DNA of 63,267 nt, the filler included, from Octopus bimaculoides (Eukaryota): assembly GCF_001194135.2 (NCBI RefSeq). It is 4 parts of 4 records of this genome, joined end to end, with 100 filler letters (N's around TTAATTAATTAA, not from the genome) between each part and the next. Parts side by side here need not be neighbours in the genome. Positions count along the whole stretch, not along the records: positions 23,091 to 51,166 come from NC_068984.1; 3 more parts are not named here. One strand, written 5' to 3'. A model generated the notes under the pieces. It had not been told where the DNA came from. It saw nothing but the letters and a program-made list of their open reading frames with translations, and did no database searches. How positions within the stretch are numbered: the stretch's first letter is position 1; each line of letters opens with the position of its first letter. Shown one piece after another: positions 38,006 to 50,823 of this stretch. Position numbers and translations under genes: made by a program.

Positions 38006-40388
38006 ATATATATGTATTAATATATGTGTGTATAATATATGTATATATATGTATGTATGTATGGCTATGTTTGTGTGCATATATATGTGTGTGTGTGTGT
38101 GTGTGTATAAATATACAAATGCTTACAGATACACACAGTCACGCATATCTACACACTCGCAACGATAGCCATATATGCGGGTTGTCCAGGGATCTATATC
38201 CGTAAGTTCAATAATTCAATAATTGCTAAGAAAATAAACCTGATCAAAGCAAAAAAAAAAAAAAAAACTATAAAAAATAAGACAAACTAAAGAACACTAC
38301 CCCCATGACATCGCTCAAAATCGAAAAATACTCGTTGGAATATGTATTTTTGAAAATTCCCTTTTATTTAAATATTTATGTGAAATGTCAGCCTGAGGTT
38401 ACTGACTTGCTAAATTGTAAAAGCCCAAGACCACTGACATTGGTCTAAGGGGTATAGAAATATATATGTATTATTAAGATCTAAAAATTACAATAGTTTG
38501 GATTTTATTATTGAGTAAAAGCAATCTTTCTCACAGCTGTAATGAAAGAAAAACGTTGAAGCTTGCTTGAGGCCTTTTGATAAAGACAAAAGTTTAATAA
38601 CTTTTATATATTTCCAGCACAAAGGTCAGAAATAAACATCAATAATTGTTAGTCTATGTTGCACCGGGCTTTTGTGCAAGAAATATATAAAGCTAATTAT
38701 TATAAACAAACTTAGAAGCGCCGAGTAAGTTGGTATTTTACAGAAAATAGAGAGAACTTGAACGTGCAATAGCTTTGAAATAACTCAGAAAGATCTTTAG
38801 AGTGCGGAACAAAGTGGTTAGTAAACCGCTACAGAGAACTGAGAGGTAAAGAACTTCGATTCTCTGAAGTGGCTTGCTAGCCACTTTTTTCCGTCTTCTT
38901 AAGATATTTAACCGATTTTCTTAGGATTTTTAACCGATTTTCTAAGCTGTTTTCGCAGCTATTTAGCCTTCGAGATTTCCTCTATTTTCTCTAAAGGTAA
39001 TTAGTCTTTTTTTCGTTTTCGAATTACGTATATTATTATTTTTATTAATTTTGAAAGAATTCCTAATTTATCAGCTTTGATCGATTCTGCATAATTATTT
39101 GGTACTTAATCCTACTTCTGGTGGAAACGTGAAGACATGTTAAGTCGTGGGATTTGAAATCAGACACTGTATCCTTGAGATGCCAAATTTGATATCAAAT
39201 TTGAGAATATCCTGCCAGATTCCCTGTAACTGACGCCAAACTCAATTCTGTTGATGTTTACATGACGAGTTTACTGGCAAACTTGGTAGAGTATCTGATC
39301 TAGCACGCTGCGATATTTAGTTACCTCCCTTTGCATTTAGGGTTCATATACTGCTACGACAGATTCCGTCTTTCGTCTTTCCGATGGTCGATAAAATATG
39401 ATGTCAGTTAAATAGTGTGGTTGATTTAATTGAGAGTCCCCCTTTAACAAAATGAGTGGCTTTGTATTTAGTTCTAGGACACGAGGGAAAAATAAAAGAA
39501 ATCATTGAATTAAAGATGTCAGCCGTATATAATAAACGATACATATTATTTATATGAATTTATTTTTAGCATATATTAGTTTATGATCAATATACTTAAA
39601 TTTTTCATTATTTACTTCCCGTTGAATATTTTCATCTTTCAAACACTTCCGTTCCTTAAGCAAGTTGAGCTGTTTTCAGAAAAATTAATAATATATTTTA
39701 ATCAACAAAAATATCCCATGCTAACAGGTCTGCAGTTGGTTCTCTGCTGGGGTAAGAAATTGGTAAAGCACATCTAGAAAGTCGAAGTAATATTGCACTA
39801 ATGAAGGATATCATTCTTTAAACAAGCACAAATGCTCACAACACACTTTACTTATACATCTACCCAAGAAGATTTACTAAATCGCACCAAACTACATGAA
39901 AGTCAATAGCAAGAGATTTTTTTTCACGATGTCGACAAACGGTATCACTAACAACAACAACCACAATAATAATATTAATAACAACAATAATAACACAAAT
40001 ATGTATATATATATAAAACTGAGCCTTCACAACACATGCCAATGTCACACAGGTAAAGCCGTAATTGGCGGAATACATTATGCAACACAATGACAATTTC
40101 TGAATGACACAATCTTTGGAAAAGGAAACACCAGCAGAATAAAGAAACAAGCCGGGGTTATACCAGGAGAAATGGGAAGAACATAAACGAAAAACATGAA
40201 ATTCTGATGGTTTATAAACATTTTTATCATCTATTATTAATAATATATTGACTCAAACATCAAAATAGTGTAAAATAGCAATCTATGTATCATACTTAAT
40301 GTACATACACTGTTGACAGGCCAGTTGCTGCAGTATATATCCTGACGTAACATCTCTTCTGGACTTGCTGCGTCAAGAACGCAATAAT

Positions 40389-40392
<4 letters not shown>

Positions 40393-40449
<57 letters not shown>

Positions 40450-40491
40450 NNNNNNNNNNNNNNNNNNNNNNNNNNNNNNNNNNNNNNNNNN

Positions 40492-40545
<54 letters not shown>
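40393..40545. repeat. (AG)n microsatellite spanning a small gap
   Basis: Direct reading. Confidence 0.95.
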
Positions 40546-40548
<3 letters not shown>

Positions 40549-41439
40549 CGTAAATTCCTCCCAGCATCAACCTGTGAGATTAGAATTGACGAATTCTCGT
40601 TCGAGCACGTGGCTAGCTGCGTGTACACGCCATTGAAAAGGTCCAAAAGACCGAAATGCATGTGGCCTTCTCGTTGGTCATTGCTGAGGTAAATTTTCGT
40701 CTCTTTCTGATTTTATGTTTGTAACAGGAAATCCATAAGAATTGTTGTCTCGGGCAAGCACTGCAGTAACTGGCCTGTCGACGTATCATATATTTTGGGT
40801 ATGATACATAGATAACCATCTTAATTAAATACCCCGACAGTAGCGTATTCCGGATTAAAATAGTGTTTTCTACGTGTTTTAATGAATGATGATCAATTGA
40901 AAACCTAATATATGTCCTCAACATGAGATTTCCGCTCTGGCATTACTGACGATATCTCAATAAAAATTGATACAATCCATCCCATGATTTTTACTTAATG
41001 AGACAAATTGATGTTTGACTTGCCAAACCTCCCGAAAAATTAACACATCCTATTACCTGAGGGGAGTAAGATGCATGGATTAATAAGGCCCCAGCTGGAA
41101 GATCAACGCTCGAAATTCTTTCTTTCATATGATATGCTCAATCAAGGTTGGCCACTTGTTGAACCTCTATAACTTTCTACAATCAAGCTAAAAACCTTCC
41201 AGATTAGAAGTTAAATGTGTTTACTTAAATTTAGAGGATTAAATGATTCACAGTGTTCAAAATACTTTTTCAAGAGGGTTTTAGAAGTGTTTACGACTAC
41301 CTTATCCTCTGAGTTCTTTTAAAGACGAATAAGGTTTGATATGTGGGAGATTTGACTACTCTTTTTAGCTGTTTGAATGATCATACAGAGTATAAACTTA
41401 TGAACTCGCCTTAATTTATTGTGGGCACTTATAAACTAT

Positions 41440-41570
<131 letters not shown>

Positions 41571-41653
41571 ATATATAAATAAACTATGATTGTTAAAATT
41601 AATTGTGAGTGAAAAACTTCTTTTGAAGTAGCATCTGAGAAATACAAATATAC

Positions 41654-41686
<33 letters not shown>

Positions 41687-42434
41687 TATATATGTTTGTA
41701 TCTTTAAGTACGTATATATGTGACGCATACTACAAACATACATGCACATGCAGATACACGCAAACGCACAGACACACACATACATACACACACATATATA
41801 TAAATTCACATATATGTATCAGATATATATATATATGATACATATATCAGATATATCTGAAGAGATTGTGATGTTCTGTACATCGTAGTAGAGAGATTTG
41901 ACTGGCATGCGGTTGCTGGTCGCCTTCAACTGATGATTTCCAGTAGAATGAAATCACGTGATATGGAGAATTCCGACGCCAATGACAAACGATTCTCGTC
42001 TGCTACGATCTATGTGTGTGCTTTTATGCAACAAGCACCTAACCGGCTAATAACGCAGTATTCGATATATACACCAGAATCTGCAAGATAGGAGCTAATG
42101 CATAGATCTAAAAGGAGCCATGCACTATTCTGTACATGAGTAATCTATTTTACACTGTCTACACCTGATGTTAAAATTACGCAGTGACCACAAAACCAAC
42201 ACACACACTCACACACACACACACACACACATACATATTTGTAGATCTCTGGTTTGGATATATTGGTGTTTCATGCTTATGTGTTGATAACATTTTCCAT
42301 TTGTTTGTTATACATTACGACATAAGCATATACACCTGTTTGCCCATATACATATTTTTGAACAACTCACTGCATATCCGAAACAGATGTAAAGATTTTT
42401 AGGAATATATTCTTGTCTTGTAAATTATATAGAT

Positions 42435-42673
42435 CAGTGTTTCTCATCCACGGTCCATATATGATTTTGTTGTTAAAATTTACGTGTAATAAATTGGTAA
42501 CATTTTTATTATACACAAACTATTTAAATTGTTTTTAATACAATTCTTAATAATATTTAATTATAAAAAGAAGGATTTTTTTTAAATCATCAAATACCTA
42601 GAAAGTCAACTGGTGCAAAATAGAAATCAAAGGCGTTTGTAGGTAAAAAAAAAAAAATCGTTGAGAACCACTG
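42435..42673. mobile_element. hAT-type MITE
   Basis: TIRs cagtgtttctca / tgagaaccactg; interior is the inverted homolog of 59640-59894; 8-bp flanks atatagat/atgtgaat match only 5/8. Confidence 0.75.
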
Positions 42674-42991
42674 ATGTGAATGATACAATGCCGTATATAC
42701 GTGTTATCCATCTTTTGTCATTTTCTACGTATAAAAGTATATTGCACTTGACGATTGAGATATGAAATCGAAGCTTATTTGCATGTTTAGTGTTTAGATT
42801 GCTTCAATGAAACGTGTAGAAAAGTTGTACTCATTAAATTTAAATATTTCAATAGACATTAAATTGAATGTTCTATATTATTTAAAGTATTTAGTATGAT
42901 TTATGGTGCAAATATTGGTATCTACCTTGAAACTTGATGCAACTGTGTAATTATGAATGCACTGTGATCTGCATGTAAGGAAAATTAAGTG

Positions 42992-43027
<36 letters not shown>

Positions 43028-43029
<2 letters not shown>

Positions 43030-43428
43030 ACGTGAGATGGGTAAATTGTTGCTATTTCATAGTAATATTTTCGCGAGTCCGAATTTTGTGCTCTTGAATT
43101 TGTCGACTACACAGTATAGTAGGGTCAGTTGGACATCGTCTGTGAGAAAACGAACAGCAGCATGAAATTTGGAAATTTGGACACTACATGCTGTATTGTT
43201 TGGCATTCGCGCCGGAAGGTCCAGTACGAACATTGTGCAAACTGAGGACATATACCGAGAGTGATACAGATCAAATATCCTGTCAAATATCCATCATACT
43301 GTTTGGAGTGACCACTGGTGATGGCGACGTTATGCCGCCATTCATCCTGCCACACGGCCTCAGACTCAATACGGAGGCCTACATCGAGTGCCTGGAGGAG
43401 GTTGCGCTGCGATGGGTCAAAAGAGTGG

Positions 43429-43432
<4 letters not shown>
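43028..43432 (+). mobile_element. maT (DD37D) Tc1/mariner transposon, internally deleted and 3'-truncated
   Basis: ta|caacgtgagatgggtaaattgttg TIR; transposase remnant FGVTTGDGDVMPPFILPHGLRLNTEAYIECLEEVALRWVKRVA; homologous to 44338-45166. Confidence 0.85.
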
Positions 43433-43468
<36 letters not shown>

Positions 43469-44337
43469 NNNNNNNNNNNNNNNNNNNNNNNNNNNNNNNN
43501 NNNNNNNNNNNNNNNNNNNNNNNNNNNNNNNNNNNNNNNNNNNNNNNNNNNNNNNNNNNNNNNNNNNNNNNNNNNNNNNNNNNNNNNNNNNNNNNNNNNN
43601 NNNNNNNNNNNNNNNNNNNNNNNNNNNNNNNNNNNNNNNNNNNNNNNNNNNNNNNNNNNNNNNNNNNNNNNNNNNNNNNNNNNNNNNNNNNNNNNNNNNN
43701 NNNNNNNNNNNNNNNNNNNNNNNNNNNNNNNNNNNNNNNNNNNNNNNNNNNNNNNNNNNNNNNNNNNNNNNNNNNNNNNNNNNNNNNNNNNNNNNNNNNN
43801 NNNNNNNNNNNNNNNNNNNNNNNNNNNNNNNNNNNNNNNNNNNNNNNNNNNNNNNNNNNNNNNNNNNNNNNNNNNNNNNNNNNNNNNNNNNNNNNNNNNN
43901 NNNNNNNNNNNNNNNNNNNNNNNNNNNNNNNNNNNNNNNNNNNNNNNNNNNNNNNNNNNNNNNNNNNNNNNNNNNNNNNNNNNNNNNNNNNNNNNNNNNN
44001 NNNNNNNNNNNNNNNNNNNNNNNNNNNNNNNNNNNNNNNNNNNNNNNNNNNNNNNNNNNNNNNNNNNNNNNNNNNNNNNNNNNNNNNNNNNNNNNNNNNN
44101 NNNNNNNNNNNNNNNNNNNNNNNNNNNNNNNNNNNNNNNNNNNNNNNNNNNNNNNNNNNNNNNNNNNNNNNNNNNNNNNNNNNNNNNNNNNNNNNNNNNN
44201 NNNNNNNNNNNNNNNNNNNNNNNNNNNNNNNNNNNNNNNNNNNNNNNNNNNNNNNNNNNNNNNNNNNNNNNNNNNNNNNNNNNNNNNNNNNNNNNNNNNN
44301 NNNNNNNNNNNNNNNNNNNTGTGTGTGTGTGTGTGTA

Positions 44338-45166
44338 CAGGGTGTGATGAAGAAATTGTCGTCTAAATTACACAAAAATGAAAATAACATTGACATCTCC
44401 TCTTAACAGATATATTTACCAAAATTGCATAAAAACATCTTGAAATACTAAAAGGTAAATTTATTCAATAAAATCGCCATTGGCCTCCACCACGGCCTCC
44501 AGACAATTTGGAATTTCCTGCAAATCTTCTGGACGGTCTCCTTGTTTAAGTTGGTGAATGCTGCCATAATCCTTGCCTTCAATTCATCTTTGGTCTTACA
44601 AGGAGTTTTGTTGGTCTCTCACTCAACTGCGCCCCATTCATGATAATCAAGGGGATTGTAGCCTGGGGAGTTAGGTGGCCAGGTGCTAAGGGTGATGTAG
44701 TCGCAGAAATTGTCTGACAGTCATGACTGAGTTCTCCTGCTTGTGTAGCATGGTGCAGAGCCATGTTGCCAGACATAAAGTATTCCAGCAGCCACCCTCT
44801 TGACCCAGAGCAGTACTACCTCATGGCAGCACAACCTCCCCCAGGCACTTAAAGTAGGAGTCCGTGTGGAGTCTTACGCCGTGTGGGAAGATGAATGGAG
44901 GCATGACGTCACCTTCACTGGTGATCACTCCAAACAGCATAATGTTGAATGGATGTTTGATTTTTATCAGTCTCGATACATCTTTTGGGGAAACGGCAAG
45001 CGAACCGGTTGCTCTGTGTGTTCACCATCTTTTCGTATTGGAGCTTCCGGCTCGATTGTCAAACAGTACAGCATGTGGTTTCCAAATTTCTAGCAGAGTG
45101 AATTGCGTCATGGTGCTGGTTTCTCACAGACAGTGCTCAACTGACCCTACTGTACTGTGTAGTCGA
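44338..45166 (-). mobile_element. maT (DD37D) transposon, internally deleted, with stops and frameshifts
   Basis: ta|cagggtgtgatgaagaaattgtcg TIR; minus strand WVKRVAAGILYVWQHGSAPCYTSRRTQS*LSDNFCDYITLSTWPPNSPGYNPLDY has 37 residues between the second catalytic position (D mutated to G) and the D of NPLD; C-terminal ...EAVVEANGDFIE*. Confidence 0.9.
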
Positions 45167-45745
45167 AAAATGAAAAACAAACATATATGCATGTATATAT
45201 ATATTTATATGTATATATATATGTATAAACACACGTATATATATATGTATATACATCTATATACATATATATATATATATNNNNNNNNNNNNNNNNNNNN
45301 NNNNNNNNNNNNNNNNNNNNNNNNNNNNNNNNNNNNNNNNNNNNNNNNNNNNNNNNNNNNNNNNNNNNNNNNNNNNNNNNNNNNNNNNNNNNNNNNNNNN
45401 NNNNNNNNNNNNNNNNNNNNNNNNNNNNNNNNNNNNNNNNNNNNNNNNNNNNNNNNNNNNNNNNNNNNNNNNNNNNNNNNNNNNNNNNNNNNNNNNNNNN
45501 NNNNNNNNNNNNNNNNNNNNNNNNNNNNNNNNNNNNNNNNNNNNNNNNNNNNNNNNNNNNNNNNNNNNNNNNNNNNNNNNNNNNNNNNNNNNNNNNNNNN
45601 NNNNNNNNNNNNNNNNNNNNNNNNNNNNNNNNNNNNNNNNNNNNNNNNNNNNNNNNNNNNNNNNNNNNNNNNNNNNNNNNNNNNNNNNNNNNNNNNNNNN
45701 NNNNNNNNNNNNNNNNNNNNNNNNNNNNNNNNNNNNNNNNNNNNN

Positions 45746-45799
<54 letters not shown>

Positions 45800-46219
45800 T
45801 GTGTGTGTGTAAGCTTATATTAAATTATTTTGATTGGATTAAATACGAACCCATATTGACTATTCTGGAATATGGGACAAACTACTAACGTATCATTACA
45901 GTTGCTAGTGTCAGGGACGGACATGTAACGTTATGTAAGCGGAGTAAAAAAAAAATAGTAATCACAACATTCAACAGTTATTAATAGTTTTAATTTAGTC
46001 AATAAATTATCCCGCCCATTATATATTTATAAGAAGACTTCATTCGCTTTTAGGGCTTTTAATACTGAGGATGGCATAGCTGAATTTGAAATCAAATTAA
46101 GTGACGTCACTTCATATAAATTTGATTGAGATTAACTCTTTATTGTTAAACACTCCTTCGCATTGTACCCAGCTGTAAGTCATATATATATATATATATA
46201 TATATATATNNNNNNNNNN

Positions 46220-46254
<35 letters not shown>

Positions 46255-47244
46255 AATTACGATAAACACTAGATGTAGATTATAGCATTTATCCCCCACG
46301 TGCCTTTCAGCATTATAGTTATTTGCATATGCTGCAGCAGTTGTTCTAAATGCAACTGGATTTTGAAGGAAAACAGTTCATCAGGGGAACACTATATCGC
46401 ATTATACGGCACAGATTATATGTTAATTTCCCTTGGAAGATCCCCTGTAGACGATGCAAATAGCCACAACGAAGGAAGGTACGTAGGGAAAAAAAATGAT
46501 AAAAGCTGTACCTTGTGTTTATCTTGTGTTCTTGATTACTTCTTAAGGATTGAATTTCTTGGTGTGAAATTGCTACTTTATTCGAATTTGCCGTTCTAAA
46601 TGTTTATAATAAAACATTTTCGGCAGAACAAATCTTATCTCGGGGATGTTTACGCAAACCAACTTAGAATATTTATACACAGAAAGAAATCTTCCCATGC
46701 TAAATTTATGCGAGGGACAAAATGTTTCTCAGAAGCTTAATATTGTTATATATAAGATACTGAAGATCAGGCTAAGAATGTGTTTAAAACCTGTGAAAAC
46801 ATCGTTAACAAACTATTAACATTGTATTAATATTTTATGCAATATTGCATCGCCATTTCTTGCTTTGTGTTACATTATAAATATGATTTATATATAAATA
46901 GGAAAGAAATAGGATTATTACATTGTGTTTATAGAAAAAGAAGAATACAGAAAAAAGGTTAAGATTTATTAATAACACATGAAGGAAACATCATGGAGGA
47001 GCAGCAGGAGCAGCAGGAGGAGGAGGAGGAGGAGGAGGAGGAGGAGCGGAAGATAAAGATAGGGTGGACAGCGGGTCAGGTGTCGGTAAAACGAAAGGGA
47101 TGACGGAGGTTTACACATGAAGCGAACGCTGCTATGATATGTTAATATATGAATGCATACTTACGTGGTCATTGTCCATTGGTTGAAGACTCGGCTAAAA
47201 AAACAAAACCATTGCAATAAAACTACTCATGCACAGTGATGTGG

Positions 47245-47323
<79 letters not shown>

Positions 47324-47324
<1 letters not shown>

Positions 47325-47517
47325 AGGCGGTGAGCTGGCAAAACCGTTAGCACGCTTAAGATTCAGAGTTCAAATTCCGCTGAGATGTGACTTTGCCTGT
47401 CAGTCTTTCTGAGTCGATAGAAGAAGTACCAGTCAGGCACTTGGGTCGATGTAATCGACTACCCCTCCTTCACTTAATATTTCAGACCTTGTGACGCTAG
47501 TAGAATGGATTATCATT
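47324..47517 (+). mobile_element. SINE family A, internally deleted, between (ATT)n arrays
   Basis: aaggcggtgagctggcaaaaccgttagc...gagttcaaattccgc; (ATT)n at 47245-47322 and 47520-47604. Confidence 0.85.
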
Positions 47518-47519
47518 TC

Positions 47520-47604
<85 letters not shown>

Positions 47605-47933
47605 GTTCAGTAGTTTTATTTTTATAACGTGCTTTCACTTCACTACCGAGCGCAGCTCCGTGCGCCTTGGATATGTGCTGTGGTTTGCTGTGGTGCTCTT
47701 ATGTTTACTGTATTGAAAGTGTTTTGCGTAGGATGTGTGCAGTACCCAGTAGTGCAATTTTCTGTATGTTATATATATTTGTAAGTCCTGCTATTTTTGT
47801 TATGTATTTGTCTGAATATTTTTTTTATTATACCTAAGGCACCTACTATGATAGGAATTGTTTCTGTTTTTAGATTCCACATTCGAGTTATCTCTATTTC
47901 CAGGTCTTTGTATTTTGAAAGTTTTTCCATTTC

Positions 47934-47937
<4 letters not shown>
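47605..47937 (-). mobile_element. R4/Dong-clade non-LTR retrotransposon, 5'-truncated, within (TAA)n
   Basis: KEMEKLSKYKDLEIEITRMWNLKTETIPIIVGALG is the distal part of the restriction-like endonuclease domain of R4/Dong; (TAA)n on both sides, the established Dong target. Confidence 0.88.
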
Positions 47938-48002
<65 letters not shown>

Positions 48003-48198
48003 CATTATTATTATCATTGCTACTATCACTACTACTACTGCCGCTATAACATCTAATGCTATGGATTTTTCCTCTAGGCATTCAGCTATATTTAGCTAAA
48101 AGTATGCGGAAATATATATTGGTTTTCGAAAGGATACTTGAAACAGCGATTAATAAATAAGACAGAGAAAATGTTTCATCTGTTCGCAATGTATTTGA

Positions 48199-48594
48199 AT
48201 CTTTGATCTTTCCTCTTCTACATGCTTCATGCATTGGACTGCGGCCATACTGGGGTACAGCGTTGACAGGTTTTAGTCGAATAAATTGCACCCGGTATTG
48301 ATATTTAAGTCTAGTTCTTATTCTATCAGAACCTTTTTCCGAACAGCTAGGTTACGGGGACGTAGACAACCCAATCCTGGTTGCCAAGCGGTGGGGTGGG
48401 ACAAACATAGGAAGATACACACATATATTTAGATATATGCGATGGGCTTCTACGCAGTTTCCATCTATCAAATTCACTCACAAGGTATTAATCGACTCGG
48501 GGTTTATAGTAGAAAACACTTGTCCAAAGTGCAGCGCATAGCGATTGAATGTGAAATCATATGGCCAGAGAGTTTCCTAACTACACAGCCATAC
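48199..48594 (-). mobile_element. SINE family D, degenerate
   Basis: Reverse-complement homolog of 1811-2217. Confidence 0.75.
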
Positions 48595-48662
48595 TGTCGA
48601 TTTCAAACAGCCATACCTTTTACTTAAGATAAAAGCTATAACTGTTATGTATAGAGCGAAGC

Positions 48663-49050
48663 GTGGAGGCGCAATGGCCCAGTGGTTAGGGCAGCGGACT
48701 CGCGGTGATAGGATCGCAGTTTCGATTCCCAGACCGGGCGTTGTGAGTGCTTATTGAGCGAAAACACCTAAAGCTCCACAAGGCTCTGGCAGGGGATGGT
48801 GGCGAACCCTGCTGTACTCTTTCACCACAACTTTCTCTCACTCTTACTTCCTGTTTCTGTTGTGCCTGTAATTCAAAGGGTCAGCCTTGTCACACTGTGC
48901 CATGCTGAATATCCCCGAGAACTACGTTAAGGGTACACGTGTCTGTGGAATGCTCAGCCACTTGCACGTTAATTTCACGAGCAGGCTGTTCCGTTGATTG
49001 GATCAACTGGAACCCTCGACGTCGTAAGCGACGGAGTGCCAACTACAACA
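48663..49050 (+). mobile_element. SINE family B, full length, with perfect 12-bp TSD
   Basis: A box tggcccagtgg, B box gtttcgattccc, tail caactacaaca; atagagcgaagc at both 48651-48662 and 49051-49062. Confidence 0.95.
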
Positions 49051-49411
49051 ATAGAGCGAAGCATCCAAGACTATGTTTTAGATCTAGCAGCACATGTTTG
49101 CATGTCTGTCACTCTAGTAGATACATCACTGCTAATGCTGAGTTATTTGTATTTGCTGGTAAATCTGATCTTTACAAAAGATTATTCCAGTTCAGATCAT
49201 TGACATTTTAGTTCTTATTTTATCAAGATGGTATAGTTTCTGTAAAATGTTAGTGTACTGTAATAGTTCACAAATACAACAACGGTTAATATCGCCAATT
49301 GAAGGTTGGCGAAATTATGGCCAACTTCCATTCACACAAACAGCTCAAAACCATACTTCTGTTTGTTTTTTGTTCTCCGCAATTAAAATATCCAAACATT
49401 TGCGTGATATA

Positions 49412-49525
49412 CAGGGTGTCCATAAAGTCTGGGTACATGGGGATTAACACATACTTTAAGAAATTATTATTTAATTATGTTATGATTTTATGTACTCCAT
49501 GTATCCAGATCTTGTGGACACCCTG
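49412..49525. mobile_element. 114-bp mariner/maT-type MITE with TA TSD
   Basis: 29-bp TIRs cagggtgtccataaagtctgggtacatgg / ccatgtatccagatcttgtggacaccctg (4 mismatches), TA on both sides. Confidence 0.85.
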
Positions 49526-49527
49526 TA

Positions 49528-49836
49528 TATTATCTTTTAATTGTTTCGGTCATTAGACTGCACTCCTTTTGGGTGACCCCTTGAGGAATTTTTAGTCAAT
49601 CAGATCGACTTCAGTACTTGAAAATTTTAAAGTTTGGCACTTATTCTATCGGTTGTATTGCCGAACTGCTAAGTTACGGGGATGTAAACATACCAACATC
49701 CTCTACCAAATCCACTTACAAGGTTTTGGTCTGCCCGAGGCTATACTAGAAGCCACTTGCCAGAGTTGCCACCAAGTGGGACTGAACCCAGAACCACGTG
49801 GTTGAAGAGTAAGCTTCTTACCGTACAGATACGCCT
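49528..49836 (-). mobile_element. SINE family D, internally deleted
   Basis: Reverse complement has the head caggcgtatctgtacggtaagaagc and B box gggttcagtccc, and the cattagactgc tail. Confidence 0.8.
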
Positions 49837-49887
49837 GCGTCTATCTTGTGTTAACGTTTAGAGTTACAAATTGATAGCTATACACAA

Positions 49888-50248
49888 AGGTTAAAAGGGT
49901 AAAGACCCCACCGTCCCACCTTCTGTCACGAATGACCACGGGACTGCAGCTAGAAAGATTCCCCGTCTAGACACAACTCCGGGCAAGGTTCTTTTATGGA
50001 AGACCAGCAGTCGCCCCTGCATACCGGTCTCCGCTCTCCATGCCACAGATCTTATCCAAAATAAATGCAAAGGGGCCGATACAGCTTGGCACCAGTGATG
50101 TCGCAACTCATTTCTACAGCTGAGTGACCTGAAACAATGTGAAATAAAGTGTCATGCTCAAGAACACAACACATAACCCGGTCGGGGAATCGGACTCACT
50201 ACCTCATGACTGTGAGCCCAATGCTCTAACCACTGAGCCATGCGCCTT
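49888..50248 (-). mobile_element. SINE family C, near full length
   Basis: Reverse complement: aaggcgcatggctcagtggttagagc (A box)...gagtccgattcccc (B box)...tcactcagctgtagaaatgag...ggggtctttaccc. Confidence 0.85.
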
Positions 50249-50397
50249 GATACAAAGATATTTATTCCTCACTAGCATTTAAGTATAACGTTACTGAGCG
50301 TTCAGGTATATCTGGCACGCTATACTTGCCGCATCAGTGCACACTAGTGCACATCCAGCCACTATTTCCGCAGAGGGGAAGGGCAACGCCAGTAAGC

Positions 50398-50753
50398 CAG
50401 TGGTGACAGCTAAGCAAGCAGAAACCCTATAACGCGCTGGACAAAACGTTTACTGCCCTATCTTCCGGCTCTTTATGCTTTGAGTTCAGATTCTGCCAAG
50501 TCGACTCTCATCCATTTGGAGTCGATAAAATACGTACCGTTTTAGCATTGGGGTCAATGTAATCGATTATACACTTCCCTCAGAATTTCCGGCCCTATGC
50601 CTATAGCAGGAAGGACTATTAATAGAATCTTTACCACCCAGACAAAATGCTTCGCGGTATGTCGTCCGTCTTCACATTTTGAATTCAAATTCTGCTGAGG
50701 TAACTTTGCCTTTCATCCTTATGGGATCGATAGAATTTCAGACTTTGTACCTA

Positions 50754-50755
<2 letters not shown>
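50398..50755 (+). mobile_element. Two tandem degenerate SINE A copies
   Basis: gagttcagattctgcc (about 50482) and gaattcaaattctgctgagg (about 50681), each with a family A body; ends directly at (ATT)n 50756-50823. Confidence 0.7.

Positions 50756-50823
<68 letters not shown>

Noticed and set aside
46297-46484. Inverted octamer motifs (atttgcat, atgcaaat) and an open frame ending at a gaag|gtacgt donor
   Set aside because: The octamer also occurs elsewhere (about 16887 and 42778) at roughly chance frequency for AT-rich DNA; the peptide is not recognisable.
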